Source of the DNA: an uncultured Thermoleophilia bacterium
GTDB taxonomy: Bacteria; Actinomycetota; Thermoleophilia; Gaiellales; Gaiellaceae
DNA: 64,000 bases
Assembly: GCA_963785875.1 (NCBI GenBank)
Contig: CAWAWV010000006.1
Coordinates: 53,590 to 117,589, forward strand
Direction: 5' to 3'
Positions 18,356 through 28,889 of the stretch are shown here, one piece after another. The notes beneath the pieces are model-generated. The model worked only from the letters and a program-made list of their open reading frames with translations. It was not told the DNA's origin and made no database searches. Position 1 is the first letter of the stretch, and every line of letters starts with the position of its first letter. A program made the translations under genes and the position numbers.

Positions 18356-20029
18356 GTGATCACGCCCGACGATGTCAGCCGGATCGGCATCTTTGCCGAG
18401 CTTGCCGAGGACGATCGCGTGCAGCTCGCCCGTGCAGCGGCCGATCTGACGCTCGCGCCCGGCGAATATGCCGCGCAGCAAGGCGGGGAGCGAGCGCTCT
18501 TCGGCCTGATCGACGGAGCCATCGAGGTCGTCCAGATGGTCGACGGCATCGAACGAATCGTCGGGCGGCGCGATCCCGGCGAGATTTTCGGCGAGGTGCC
18601 GATCACGCTCGGCACGGTCTTCCCGGTCGGGTTCCGCGCCTCCGAGCCGTCGCGGGTCATGCGCATCGAGCCGCGCAACTTCCATACTGTGGCCGCGTCG
18701 GCACCCGATGTCGCCAAGGAGGTCGGGCGCCTGGCCGCCCACCGGATGAGCGGCCCACTCGGGCTGCAAGGGCTCGCATCCGACCCGGTGCCGCCGCGGG
18801 CGATCATCGTCGGAGAGCGGTCGGATGCGGCCTGTACCGAGCTGCGCCACTTCCTCGACCGCAACCAGGTGACGTTCGAGTGGCTGACGGCGGAGACGCC
18901 GAACCTCGACGAGCGCTGGGGCGGCGGGGTCCCGGCGCCCGAGGACCGGCCGGCCGTCCGTGTGATCGGCGGCAAGACGGTCGTGCGGCCGCAACTCCGC
19001 CGGGTCGCCGAGCTGCTCGGGCTCGGCACCGAGCCGGAGGCTGCGACGTACGACGTGGTCATCGTCGGCGCCGGGCCGGCGGGGCTGGCCGCCGGGGTCT
19101 ACGGCGCGTCGGAGGGGCTCTCGACGATCGTCGTCGAGCGACAGGCGCCCGGCGGCCAGGCGGGGACGTCGTCGAGGATCGAGAACTACCTCGGCTTCCC
19201 GGCCGGAGTGTCGGGCGACGAGCTTGCGGGTCGCGCGCTCCAGCAGGCGCGGAGGCTCGGCGCGGAGATCCTCGTCACACGAGCGATCTCGCGAATCGAC
19301 GCCGGGCGGCACCAGGTCCACCTTGACGGCGGCGACGTGCTGCACGGCCGAACAATCGTGCTCGCGTGCGGCGTCTCGTGGCGCAGGCTCGACGCCAACG
19401 GGTTCGCTGACCTGACCGGTCGCGGCGTGTTCTACGGCGCCTCGGCGAGCGACGCCGCGGCGACACACGGGCTCGACGTGCACGTCATCGGTGCAGGCAA
19501 CTCGGGAGGACAGGCCGCGATGTTCTTTTCGAACCATGCGAGGCGCGTCACGATCGTCTGCCGGGGCGACTCGCTCGAGAAGAACATGTCGAGCTACCTG
19601 ATCCGGCAGCTCGCGACGCGCCCGAACGTGACGGCACGCTTCCGGAGCGAGATCGTCGCGGCCCATGGCGACGACGCGATCGAGGAGGTCGAGATTGCCG
19701 ACCACGCCCGCGGGACGGTTGAACGCGAGCCGTCGGGGGGCGTGTACATCTTCATCGGCGCGAATGCCGAAACCGAGTGGCTCCCGCCGGAGATCGCGCT
19801 CGACCGCCGTGGCTTCGTCCTCACCGGCGCCGACGTTCCTGCCGCCGAGTGGCCGCGCGAACGCGACCCTTACCTCCTCGAGACGAGCGTCCCCGGGGTC
19901 TTCGCGTGCGGGGACGTCCGCTCAGGTCTCGTGAAACGCGTCGCCGCCGCTGTCGGCGAGGGCAGCATGGCGATCGCGTTCATCCACCAGTACCTGCGCG
20001 ACGAACAGCGCACTGCGGCGCCCGCGTAA
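18356..20029 (+). CDS. Cyclic-nucleotide-binding domain fused to a thioredoxin-reductase-like FAD/NAD(P) flavoprotein lacking the redox CxxC
   Basis: This is an intact 557-aa ORF. The cNMP cassette is GEIFGEVPITLG..FRASEPSRV. The FAD motif is VVIVGAGPAGLAAGVYGA and the NAD(P) motif is HVIGAGNSGGQAA. The C-terminal block is GVFACGDVR. The expected CxxC position reads GVFYGASASDAA. Confidence 0.8.
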   Translation: MITPDDVSRIGIFAELAEDDRVQLARAAADLTLAPGEYAAQQGGERALFGLIDGAIEVVQMVDGIERIVGRRDPGEIFGEVPITLGTVFPVGFRASEPSRVMRIEPRNFHTVAASAPDVAKEVGRLAAHRMSGPLGLQGLASDPVPPRAIIVGERSDAACTELRHFLDRNQVTFEWLTAETPNLDERWGGGVPAPEDRPAVRVIGGKTVVRPQLRRVAELLGLGTEPEAATYDVVIVGAGPAGLAAGVYGASEGLSTIVVERQAPGGQAGTSSRIENYLGFPAGVSGDELAGRALQQARRLGAEILVTRAISRIDAGRHQVHLDGGDVLHGRTIVLACGVSWRRLDANGFADLTGRGVFYGASASDAAATHGLDVHVIGAGNSGGQAAMFFSNHARRVTIVCRGDSLEKNMSSYLIRQLATRPNVTARFRSEIVAAHGDDAIEEVEIADHARGTVEREPSGGVYIFIGANAETEWLPPEIALDRRGFVLTGADVPAAEWPRERDPYLLETSVPGVFACGDVRSGLVKRVAAAVGEGSMAIAFIHQYLRDEQRTAAPA

Positions 20030-20031
20030 GG

Positions 20032-20958
20032 TCAGTCGAGCAGGGCCGCGGCCGTGAGCCGCAGGCCCGCTTCGAGACCGACGGTCGGCTCCCAGCCGAG
20101 CGCCTCGCGCGCCGCCGTGACGTCCGCCCACGAATCGCGGATGTCGCCGGCGCGCGGCGGTGCGTGCTCCTTGTGCACCGGACGGTCGAGGATGCTGCCG
20201 ATCGTCTCGGCGAGATGATTCACGCTTGCCGACCGGCTCGACGCGACGTTGAAGACGCGGCCGCTGACTCCCTCTGCATACGCCGCACGGATCGTGGCGT
20301 CGACGACGTTCGCGATGTACGTGAAGTCGCGCGACTGCTCGCCGTCACCGTCGATCGTGATCGGCTCGCCCGCGGCAATGCGTGTCATGAACTTCGGCAC
20401 GACCGCGGCGTACTGGGAATGCGGGCTCTGGCGCGGGCCGAACACGTTGAAGAAGCGGAGCACCGTTGTCTCGAGCCCCTCGTACACGCGCGCGAATGCG
20501 ACGCAGAAGCGCTCGGCGGCGAGCTTCGTGACGCCGTACGGGGAGAGCGGATCGGGTGGGGCGTCCTCTTTCACCGGCAGGTCACGGCGCACGCCGTAGA
20601 CCGACGAGCTGGACGAGTAGACGACCCGGCGCACTCCCTCGTCGCGCGCGGCGAGCAGGACGTTGAGCGTCCCCTCCACGTTGACCGCGCTCGAGGTCAG
20701 CGGGTCCTGCACAGACCGCGGGACGGAGCCGAGTGCGCCGAGGTGAAACACGATCTCGGCGCCGCGAACTGCGTTGTGCACGCGTTCGTAGGACCGCAGC
20801 TCTCCCTCGACCACCTTCACGTCGAGTCCGTCGAGATTCGCGCGGCTGCCGGTCGCGAAGTTGTCGAGGACGACGACGTCGTCGCCTCGGTCGAGCAGCT
20901 CGCGGACGAGGTTCGAGCCGATGAATCCAGCGCCGCCGGTGACGAGGACCTTGCTCAC
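20032..20958 (-). CDS. NAD-dependent epimerase/dehydratase (extended SDR, UDP-glucose 4-epimerase-like)
   Basis: This is an intact 308-aa ORF. It begins MSKVLVTGGAGFIGSNLV, followed by SSSSSVYG and YGVTKLAAE (the YxxxK motif). Confidence 0.85.
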   Translation of the reverse strand: MSKVLVTGGAGFIGSNLVRELLDRGDDVVVLDNFATGSRANLDGLDVKVVEGELRSYERVHNAVRGAEIVFHLGALGSVPRSVQDPLTSSAVNVEGTLNVLLAARDEGVRRVVYSSSSSVYGVRRDLPVKEDAPPDPLSPYGVTKLAAERFCVAFARVYEGLETTVLRFFNVFGPRQSPHSQYAAVVPKFMTRIAAGEPITIDGDGEQSRDFTYIANVVDATIRAAYAEGVSGRVFNVASSRSASVNHLAETIGSILDRPVHKEHAPPRAGDIRDSWADVTAAREALGWEPTVGLEAGLRLTAAALLD

Positions 20959-20997
20959 GGCGGCCCAGCCTACCGCCGTCAGCCGGCCGTCACTCGG

Positions 20998-21402
20998 TCA
21001 GGCTGCAGCGACCTCCTGCGTGCAGAACGCGCAGCGGCGCGCGCCGATCGGGATCTGGCTCAGACAGTGGGGGCACTCTCGCGTCGTCTCGTCGACCGGC
21101 TGCTCCGTCCGGTAGCGCTGCATGAGCGCGTTCACCGGCCTGACGACCAGGAAGAACACGACTGCGGCGATCACGACGAACGAGATCAGCGCGTTGAAGA
21201 ACGACCCGTAGAGGAACCGGCTGCCGTTGATGCTGAACGTCAGGCTCGCAAAGTCTTGCTGCCCGCCGATCGCGGCGATGAGAGGAGTGACGAGGTCGGC
21301 CACGAGCGCCGTCACGACCGCACCGAAGGCAACGCCGATCACGATGCCGACGGCCATATCTACGAGGTTGCCGCGAAGCAGAAACTCCTTGAAGTCCTTC
21401 AA
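20998..21402 (-). CDS. mscL: Large-conductance mechanosensitive channel MscL with C-terminal zinc-ribbon
   Basis: The call comes from ORF 20998..21432. The likely start is TTG 21402, with AAGGAGG 5 nt upstream. The N-terminus LKDFKEFLLRGNLVDMAVGIVIGVAFG is the canonical MscL N-terminus. The tail is ECPHCLSQIPIGARRCAFCTQEV. Confidence 0.85.
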   Translation of the reverse strand: MKDFKEFLLRGNLVDMAVGIVIGVAFGAVVTALVADLVTPLIAAIGGQQDFASLTFSINGSRFLYGSFFNALISFVVIAAVVFFLVVRPVNALMQRYRTEQPVDETTRECPHCLSQIPIGARRCAFCTQEVAAA

Positions 21403-21538
21403 CGTGACCTCCTTGGACGATGACCGGCGCATCCTTCCACCAGACAGAAGTCTGCGCAGCTCCGGTCGATTCGCGCCCTGCCCGTTCGTCGTCTGGGAGA
21501 CGGTCGGATCTGCCGGCCGCGACCGAAGGAGGAGTTAC

Positions 21539-21886
21539 ATGCCTCACCCAGTCGTCCACGCCGAGATCAGATCAGCGGACCCTGATGCGACCAGGCGGTT
21601 CTTCTCGGAGCTCTTCGGGTGGCGCTATTCGGACGGCGCCTACCCTGGCTATACCTTCGTCGACACCGGCGTCGACGGCGCGCTACCGACCGCGATCAGC
21701 CCGCTCCAGGCCGATGAAGATGCCGTGCTGTTCTTCATCGGGGTCGAGAACGTCGCCACGACGCTCGAGCAAGCAGAACAGCTGGGCGGCCGAACGGTGC
21801 AGGCAGCGCAAGAGGTCCCGGGAGTCACCTTCGGCGTGTTCGCCGATCCCCAAGGGCACCTCGTCGGTGTCGCTTCGACCTCGTAG
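21539..21886 (+). CDS. VOC-family (glyoxalase/bleomycin-resistance fold) protein
   Basis: ATG 21539 is preceded by GAAGGAGGAG. The 115-aa product reads MPHPVVHAEIRSADPDATRRFFSELFGW..GVFADPQGHLVGV. It is intact. Confidence 0.75.
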   Translation: MPHPVVHAEIRSADPDATRRFFSELFGWRYSDGAYPGYTFVDTGVDGALPTAISPLQADEDAVLFFIGVENVATTLEQAEQLGGRTVQAAQEVPGVTFGVFADPQGHLVGVASTS

Positions 21887-21953
21887 AGCGACCGACAGAG
21901 CCTCGGGGGCGCCGAGCGAGCCGGCGTCCCTCGAGGTGCTCGCCCCCGCGCCG

Positions 21954-22196
21954 TCACCACCGGCGCGGCTCGGCACGGATACTCGTCACGACACCGTGCT
22001 CGTCGACCGAGACCACGAATCGAGCTCGGTCGCCACCCTGTCCGAACAAGCGCTTGACGGAGTAGAGACTTCGAGGGCGCACCAAGATCGCCTGAAGAGC
22101 CGTCCGTGTCTCGATCGAGTAGCCGTCGGCCTGACGGTCTTCGAGAAACGCGTCGAGCGCCGCAGACCGCTCGTCCCGGATCGCCGCCTCGCTCAC
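21954..22196 (-). CDS. Hypothetical protein (80 aa), last gene of a cold-shock-domain-led operon
   Basis: This is an intact ORF with GC3-rich codon usage. Its ATG overlaps the upstream stop (ATGA). I recognise no family. Confidence 0.5.
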   Translation of the reverse strand: MSEAAIRDERSAALDAFLEDRQADGYSIETRTALQAILVRPRSLYSVKRLFGQGGDRARFVVSVDEHGVVTSIRAEPRRW

Positions 22197-22585
22197 CGCT
22201 CGAGTGCCTCCCCCAGCTCGCCGCGGATGAGCACCGTCACGGCGAGCGCCCTGAGGTGGACGATCAGCTGCCGCTCCGTTCGCCAGAACGCGCCGTCGAA
22301 CTCGTCGGGACGGACCACGAAGCCGCTCTGCCGAGAACCGATGTGGAAGAAGATCGTCTCGATCTCTTCCCGGTCGGAGCGCAGCACGATCTCCTGGAGA
22401 CGTTCGTCAGGCTCTCCCCGGTCGAGGCGACCGGACACGACGCCGGCGATGAATGGCGGTCCCTCCGCGCCCGAGAACAGCACGAGCACCTGTCGGCCGA
22501 TCAAGCCGAGCAGTGCATTCAGGGTTTCCTCGTAGTTGAGCTTCGCCGACGCGTCCGGATCCGTCGCGCCAACGAAGCGCGTCAC
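22193..22585 (-). CDS. Hypothetical protein (130 aa)
   Basis: This is an intact ORF. Its GTG start overlaps the stop of the 58-aa ORF (GTGA), and its stop overlaps the next start. I recognise no family. Confidence 0.55.
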   Translation of the reverse strand: MTRFVGATDPDASAKLNYEETLNALLGLIGRQVLVLFSGAEGPPFIAGVVSGRLDRGEPDERLQEIVLRSDREEIETIFFHIGSRQSGFVVRPDEFDGAFWRTERQLIVHLRALAVTVLIRGELGEALER

Positions 22586-22758
22586 TCCGCGGCCTCGCCC
22601 GTCTCCTCATCCGGCTGGTCTTCTGACGGGTACGGGTCGGTGCCCTCGAGGCGCGCAGCCGTCCGAGCGTCCTTCTTCGCCTGTTTCAGCTCGCGCTTCT
22701 CACGAAGGGCCTGCTCTCGCGCCCGCTTCATCGCGGACTGCGGGCTGCGTCTGCCCAT
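22582..22758 (-). CDS. Small charged protein (58 aa), not in the supplied ORF track (below length cut-off)
   Basis: My own translation gives MGRRSPQSAMKRAREQALREKRELKQAKKDARTAARLEGTDPYPSEDQPDEETGEAAE. Its ATG shares one nt with the upstream CSD-gene stop (TGATG). Its stop overlaps the next GTG. Confidence 0.4.
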   Translation of the reverse strand: MGRRSPQSAMKRAREQALREKRELKQAKKDARTAARLEGTDPYPSEDQPDEETGEAAE

Positions 22759-23003
22759 CAGCGGCGACCACGCGAGCGGGCGCGACGTTCCGGCATCAGC
22801 GGGAGCACCGTGACGTTCACCGCACGCGCGTCGTCGAGTTCCGCGCCAACACGCTCAAAACCGACCCGCGTACCGCGGCACCCGTCTTGGAGCACCAGTC
22901 CCGGCCCAAGACCGCTGTCGTCCACCCGTAGCCGCTCGCCTTCGTCGGTGCGGATGAACCCGTGCCGTTTCGCGGGGTTGAACCAGATCATCGTCCCCTG
23001 CAT
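22758..23003 (-). CDS. Divergent cold-shock-domain protein (81 aa from ATG 23003)
   Basis: The call comes from ORF 22758..23021. AAAGGAG lies 5 nt before ATG 23003. The product reads MQGTMIWFNPAKRHGFIRTDEGERLRVDD, an RNP1-like CSD core. The C-terminal half is atypical, with a basic tail RRARSRGRR. Confidence 0.7.
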   Translation of the reverse strand: MQGTMIWFNPAKRHGFIRTDEGERLRVDDSGLGPGLVLQDGCRGTRVGFERVGAELDDARAVNVTVLPLMPERRARSRGRR

Positions 23004-23025
23004 CGACGCTCCTTTCAGCACCCGT

Positions 23026-23053
23026 GGCCGCGGAGACAGATGCCTCCGCGGCC
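23026..23053 (-). terminator. 10-bp perfect hairpin between cspA and the second CSD gene
   Basis: The sequence is GGCCGCGGAG-acagatgc-CTCCGCGGCC. It starts 10 nt after the cspA stop. There is no U-tract, so it may attenuate rather than fully terminate. Confidence 0.4.
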
Positions 23054-23062
23054 CGGTGCGTG

Positions 23063-23266
23063 CTAGACGGTGACGACGCTCTTCGCCTCAGGGCCTTTCG
23101 CCCCATCGACCGCGTCGAACTGCACCTGCGCCCCCTCCGGGAGCGACTTGAAACCTTCGGCAACGATCGACGAATGGTGGACGAACACGTCCTTGCCACC
23201 GTCGGCAGGGGTGATGAACCCATACCCCTTCGCATCGTTGAACCACTTCACGGTTCCGGTTGCCAT
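23063..23266 (-). CDS. cspA: Cold-shock protein CspA family (67 aa)
   Basis: The product reads [74 protein letters not shown] lies upstream of ATG 23266. The rest of ORF 23063..23431 is 5' leader. Confidence 0.92.
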   Translation of the reverse strand: MATGTVKWFNDAKGYGFITPADGGKDVFVHHSSIVAEGFKSLPEGAQVQFDAVDGAKGPEAKSVVTV

Positions 23267-23400
23267 AAAAACACCTCCTTCAGCCACGAAAGAACGGGCA
23301 GAGGAAGCGCACATCGCGCAACCGGTACTCGCTCGAATTCGCCCGCATCGTAGCAGCCGAGCGAAAAAATGGCTTCGGCATGGTAGGGGGCGATGGGTCA

Positions 23401-23434
23401 GGTGTGGGCGCCGCCACCGAGCGGCGCCCACACC
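23401..23434 (-). terminator. 14-bp perfect hairpin between pobA and cspA (pca/pob operon terminator and/or csp leader structure)
   Basis: The sequence is GGTGTGGGCGCCGC-caccga-GCGGCGCCCACACC. It lies ~80 nt after the pobA stop and ~135 nt before the cspA ATG. Confidence 0.45.
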
Positions 23435-23512
23435 TCGAGCCGTCGAATGGTCCTACCGGGCGACACAAGCTTCATTGTGTGAGGGCCTCTAAAAGGGGCC
23501 CTGAGCGATCTC

Positions 23513-24696
<1,184 letters not shown>

Positions 24697-24700
<4 letters not shown>

Positions 24701-25763
24701 CCGTCTCTCGCGAGCACCGCGCTGCGCGATCGCGAACGCGCGGTTCGCCGCGGGCACGCCGCAGTAGATCGCCGCCTGCAGCAGCACCTCCTTGATCTCG
24801 TCGGGCGTCAGCCCGTTCCGGAGCGCGGCGCGCACGTGCAGCGCGAGCTCCTCGTGGTGGCCGAGCGCGGTCAGCGCGGTCAGCGTGATGCAGCTGCGCG
24901 TGCGGCGGTCGAGCCCCGGCCGCGCCCAGATCTCGCCCCACGCGTACCGGGTGATCAGGTCCTGGAAGTCGCGCCGTGAAGTCGGTCGTCGTCGTCGATC
25001 GCGCGGTCGACGTGCTCGTCGCCGAGCACCTCGCGCCGGACGCGCATCCCGCTCGTCGTCGCTCATCAGCTGCTCCTCCAGCAGTCGGTTGAACGCCGTG
25101 CGGCCGGCCGCTCGACGTTCGCGAGGTGCGCGGCACCGTCGATCACCGCGAGCCGCGCACCCGGGATCCGCGCGGCGAGCGCGTCGGCGTGCGCCGGCGG
25201 CGCGGTCGGGTCCTCGGCGCCGGCGACGACCAGCGTCGGCGCCTCGATGCGCTCCGAGGTCGCTCGCGCACGTCCCAGCCGGCGAGCGCCTCGCAGCAGC
25301 GTGCGTAGCCCTCGGCGGTCGACGGACGGAACATCTCCCGGCAGCGCGCGACGTCGCGGAACGACGCGGCGTGAACCAGCGGCCGATGACCGCGTCGACG
25401 ATCGCCTCGAGCCCCTCGCGCGCGCACGGTCGCGGCGCGTTCGTGCCAGCTGCGACGGCGATCGCCGAAGCGCGAGGACGTGCAGGCGAGCACGAGCTGG
25501 TCGAGCCGCTCCGGGCGCGTCGGCGGCGAGCCGCATGCCGACGGCGCCGCCGAGCGAGAGGCCGACGAACGAGAAGCGCCCGTCGACCGCGTCGAGCACG
25601 CCGCGCCGGCGAGCGCGTCGACGTCGAACGGCCGTCGACGAGCGGCGCGCCGCCGTGGCCCGGATGCTCGACCGACCGACCGCGGAGCCGCGACGAGCGC
25701 GCAGGCCTGCGGTCGCCACATCGCGGCGGTCGAGCCGAGCGAGCCGCAGAGGACGACGGTCAC
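24697..25763 (-). pseudogene. pcaL: 3-oxoadipate enol-lactonase joined to 4-carboxymuconolactone decarboxylase (PcaL-type fusion likely), frameshifted
   Basis: The N-terminal alpha/beta-hydrolase part reads VVLCGSLGSTAAMW, FSFVGLSLGGAVGMRLA and APTLVVAGAEDPTAPPAHADALAARIPGARLAVIDGAAHLANVERP. It then reads AFNRLLEEQLMSDDE with no stop, running into the CMD domain (RYAWGEIWARPGLDRRTRSCITLTALTALGHHEELALHVRAAL.NGLTPDEIKEVLLQAAIYCGVPAAN). Confidence 0.75.
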
Positions 25764-25766
25764 GCG

Positions 25767-26953
25767 TCATCGGTCGGCGCGCAGCGCACGGTCGACGAAC
25801 GCGGCAGCCGAGCCGAGGTACTCGTCCGGGCCGGCTCGCGCCGTCGATGCCCGAAGCTGCCGGCCTCGGAGAGCGTGTCGCCCGGCGATGTTCGCGCGCA
25901 TGCGCTCGGCATCGACCTCGAGCCCCTCGAGCGAGCTCCGCGGCGGCGGCGGCGCGCCGCCGGTCGGCGGCCGAGCGCCGTCGTGAGCGCGTGCCACTCC
26001 GCATGCCAGGCCCCGGCCGCGCGCTCGTGCTCGGCGACGATGCTCTCGAAGAGGATCGCCGCAGTTCGCCCGCGCGTGGCGCTCGCACGCGACGCGCGAG
26101 CGACCGCGCGCGACCGGGTTCTGCTTGTGCGGCATCGTCGACGATCCGCCGCCCGCCGACTCCGCGACCTCTGCCACCTCGGTCTGCGCGAGCAGCACGA
26201 CGTCCTTCGCGATCTTCGCGGCAGGCCGGCGGCCGTCGCGAGCGCGCCCGCCGACGTCGGCGAGCGGCGTGCGCAGCGTGTGCCACGGAACGGTCGGCTC
26301 GCGCAGCTGAGCTCGGCCGCGAACAGGCGGGCGACCTCCGGCCCCGCGTCGCCGAAGCGCCGCGAGCGTGCCCGGCGGCGCCGCCGAGCTGCGCCGGCAG
26401 GCTCTCCGTGACGGCCGCGCACGCGGTCGCGGGCGTCGAGCGTGCCGGTCAGCCACGCCCGCCGCCTTGTAGCCGAAGGTCGTCGGGACGGCCTGCTGCA
26501 GGAGCGTGCGCGCCGCGAGCACCGTCCCGCGGTGCTCGTCCGCGAGCCGCGCGCACGCGTCGGCGAGCCGGCCGAGCTCGGCGTCGACGAGCCGCAGCGC
26601 CTCCCTCGCGACGAGCATCGCCGCCGTGTCGAGGATGTCCTGGCTCGTCGCGCCGCGGTGCGCGAGCCGCGGCGCCCCGGTCGCGCAGTGCCCGGACGAG
26701 CGGGACGACCGGGTTCCCCGACGCGCGGCCGAGCCGGGCGAGCTCCGCCGCATCGAACCCGGACGGGTCGTCGCAGAGCTTCGCGACCGTCTCCGCGTCG
26801 GCGGCTGTTCAGCGTGCCCGCGAGCGACTGCGCACGCGCGAGCGCACGCTCGGCCGCGAGAAGCCCCGCGACCCACGCGCGGTCGGAGACCGCCGCCGCG
26901 AGCTCGTCCGGGATGAAGATGGCCGTGAAGGGGCTCACCCCGCGAGCGTACAT
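25767..26953 (-). pseudogene. pcaB: 3-carboxy-cis,cis-muconate cycloisomerase (fumarate-lyase superfamily), frameshifted
   Basis: ORFs 25760..26974 and 25767..26876 give FTAIFIPDELAAAVSDRAWVAGLLAAERALARAQ, HRGATSQDILDTAAMLVAREAL, TLLQQAVPTTFGYKAAG and GSSTMPHKQNPV (lyase signature). The start is either 26953 or 26974. Confidence 0.8.
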
Positions 26954-26998
26954 CCGCGCTGCGGCTGTTCCCACGGCGCCGCGACGCCGTCGAAGCGC

Positions 26999-27370
26999 CT
27001 AGACGCCTTCGATGTAGTCGCGGATGACGGCGCTCGACCCGACGTCGAGCGACACCGAGCCGCCTCGAAGCTGGACGCGCGTCGCGTCTGCCGAAATCGC
27101 CACCGTCCAGCCGTGCAGCTCGACGCCGCGGGTCGCGACCTCGAGGATCTGCTTCGCGCGTCCGTCGCGCGTGTCGGCGGGAGCGGTGTTGAGCGTGAAC
27201 GCGACCACGTCGACGACGCGCTCGGGGCTCTCGTCGCGCAGCTCCTGCAAGTTGAGATCGATCGCCGCTGCGACCGGCGCGAGCGTGAGATCGGTGGGGG
27301 TCTTCGGCCTGAGGGTCATGGCGGGATCCTCGGGCAGGCGGGACCTGTGCGAATCGTGGGCAGCCCGCAC
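26999..27370 (-). CDS. Hypothetical protein heading the pcaB-pcaL-pobA string (107 aa if started at ATG 27319)
   Basis: This is an intact ORF with GC3-rich codons. It reads MTLRPKTPTDLTLAPVAAAIDLNLQELRDES..VELHGWTVAISADATRVQLRGGSVSLDV. I recognise no family. Confidence 0.5.
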   Translation of the reverse strand: MRAAHDSHRSRLPEDPAMTLRPKTPTDLTLAPVAAAIDLNLQELRDESPERVVDVVAFTLNTAPADTRDGRAKQILEVATRGVELHGWTVAISADATRVQLRGGSVSLDVGSSAVIRDYIEGV

Positions 27371-27468
27371 CTCGCCGCGGAGAAACTACTGCCGAAGTTC
27401 GCCGGTCGGCCGCGCGGGCGTTAGGGTTGGAGGCGGCTCGGGCGCCGAAGTCGGAGGAGGCTGAATCA

Positions 27469-28853
<1,385 letters not shown>

Positions 28854-28858
28854 AACGT

Positions 28859-28889
28859 CCGGGGCGCGGCCCTAGCGGCCGCGCCCCGG
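28859..28889. terminator. Bidirectional 13-bp perfect hairpin between convergent ligM and metF-like genes
   Basis: The sequence is CCGGGGCGCGGCC-ctagc-GGCCGCGCCCCGG. The loop and stem include the TAG stop of the minus-strand gene. Confidence 0.55.

Noticed and set aside
18341-19705. A 454-aa minus-strand ORF antisense to the cNMP-TrxR-like gene. Similar long antisense ORFs occur at 19777..21423 (548 aa), 25247..27424 (725 aa), 10149..11141 and 13932..14624.
   Set aside because: These are Arg/Ala/Pro/Gly-rich low-complexity translations with no family blocks. Such mirror ORFs are expected in GC3-saturated DNA. The opposite strand carries well-supported genes in every case.
18356-20029. Calling this gene thioredoxin reductase (trxB).
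   Set aside because: The redox-active CxxC is replaced by GASAS, and there is an N-terminal cNMP-binding domain. Neither fits a housekeeping TrxB.
27371-27468. A possible THF or other riboswitch in the ligM 5' leader.
   Set aside because: I cannot recognise the conserved riboswitch core by eye. A covariance-model search would be needed before any claim.
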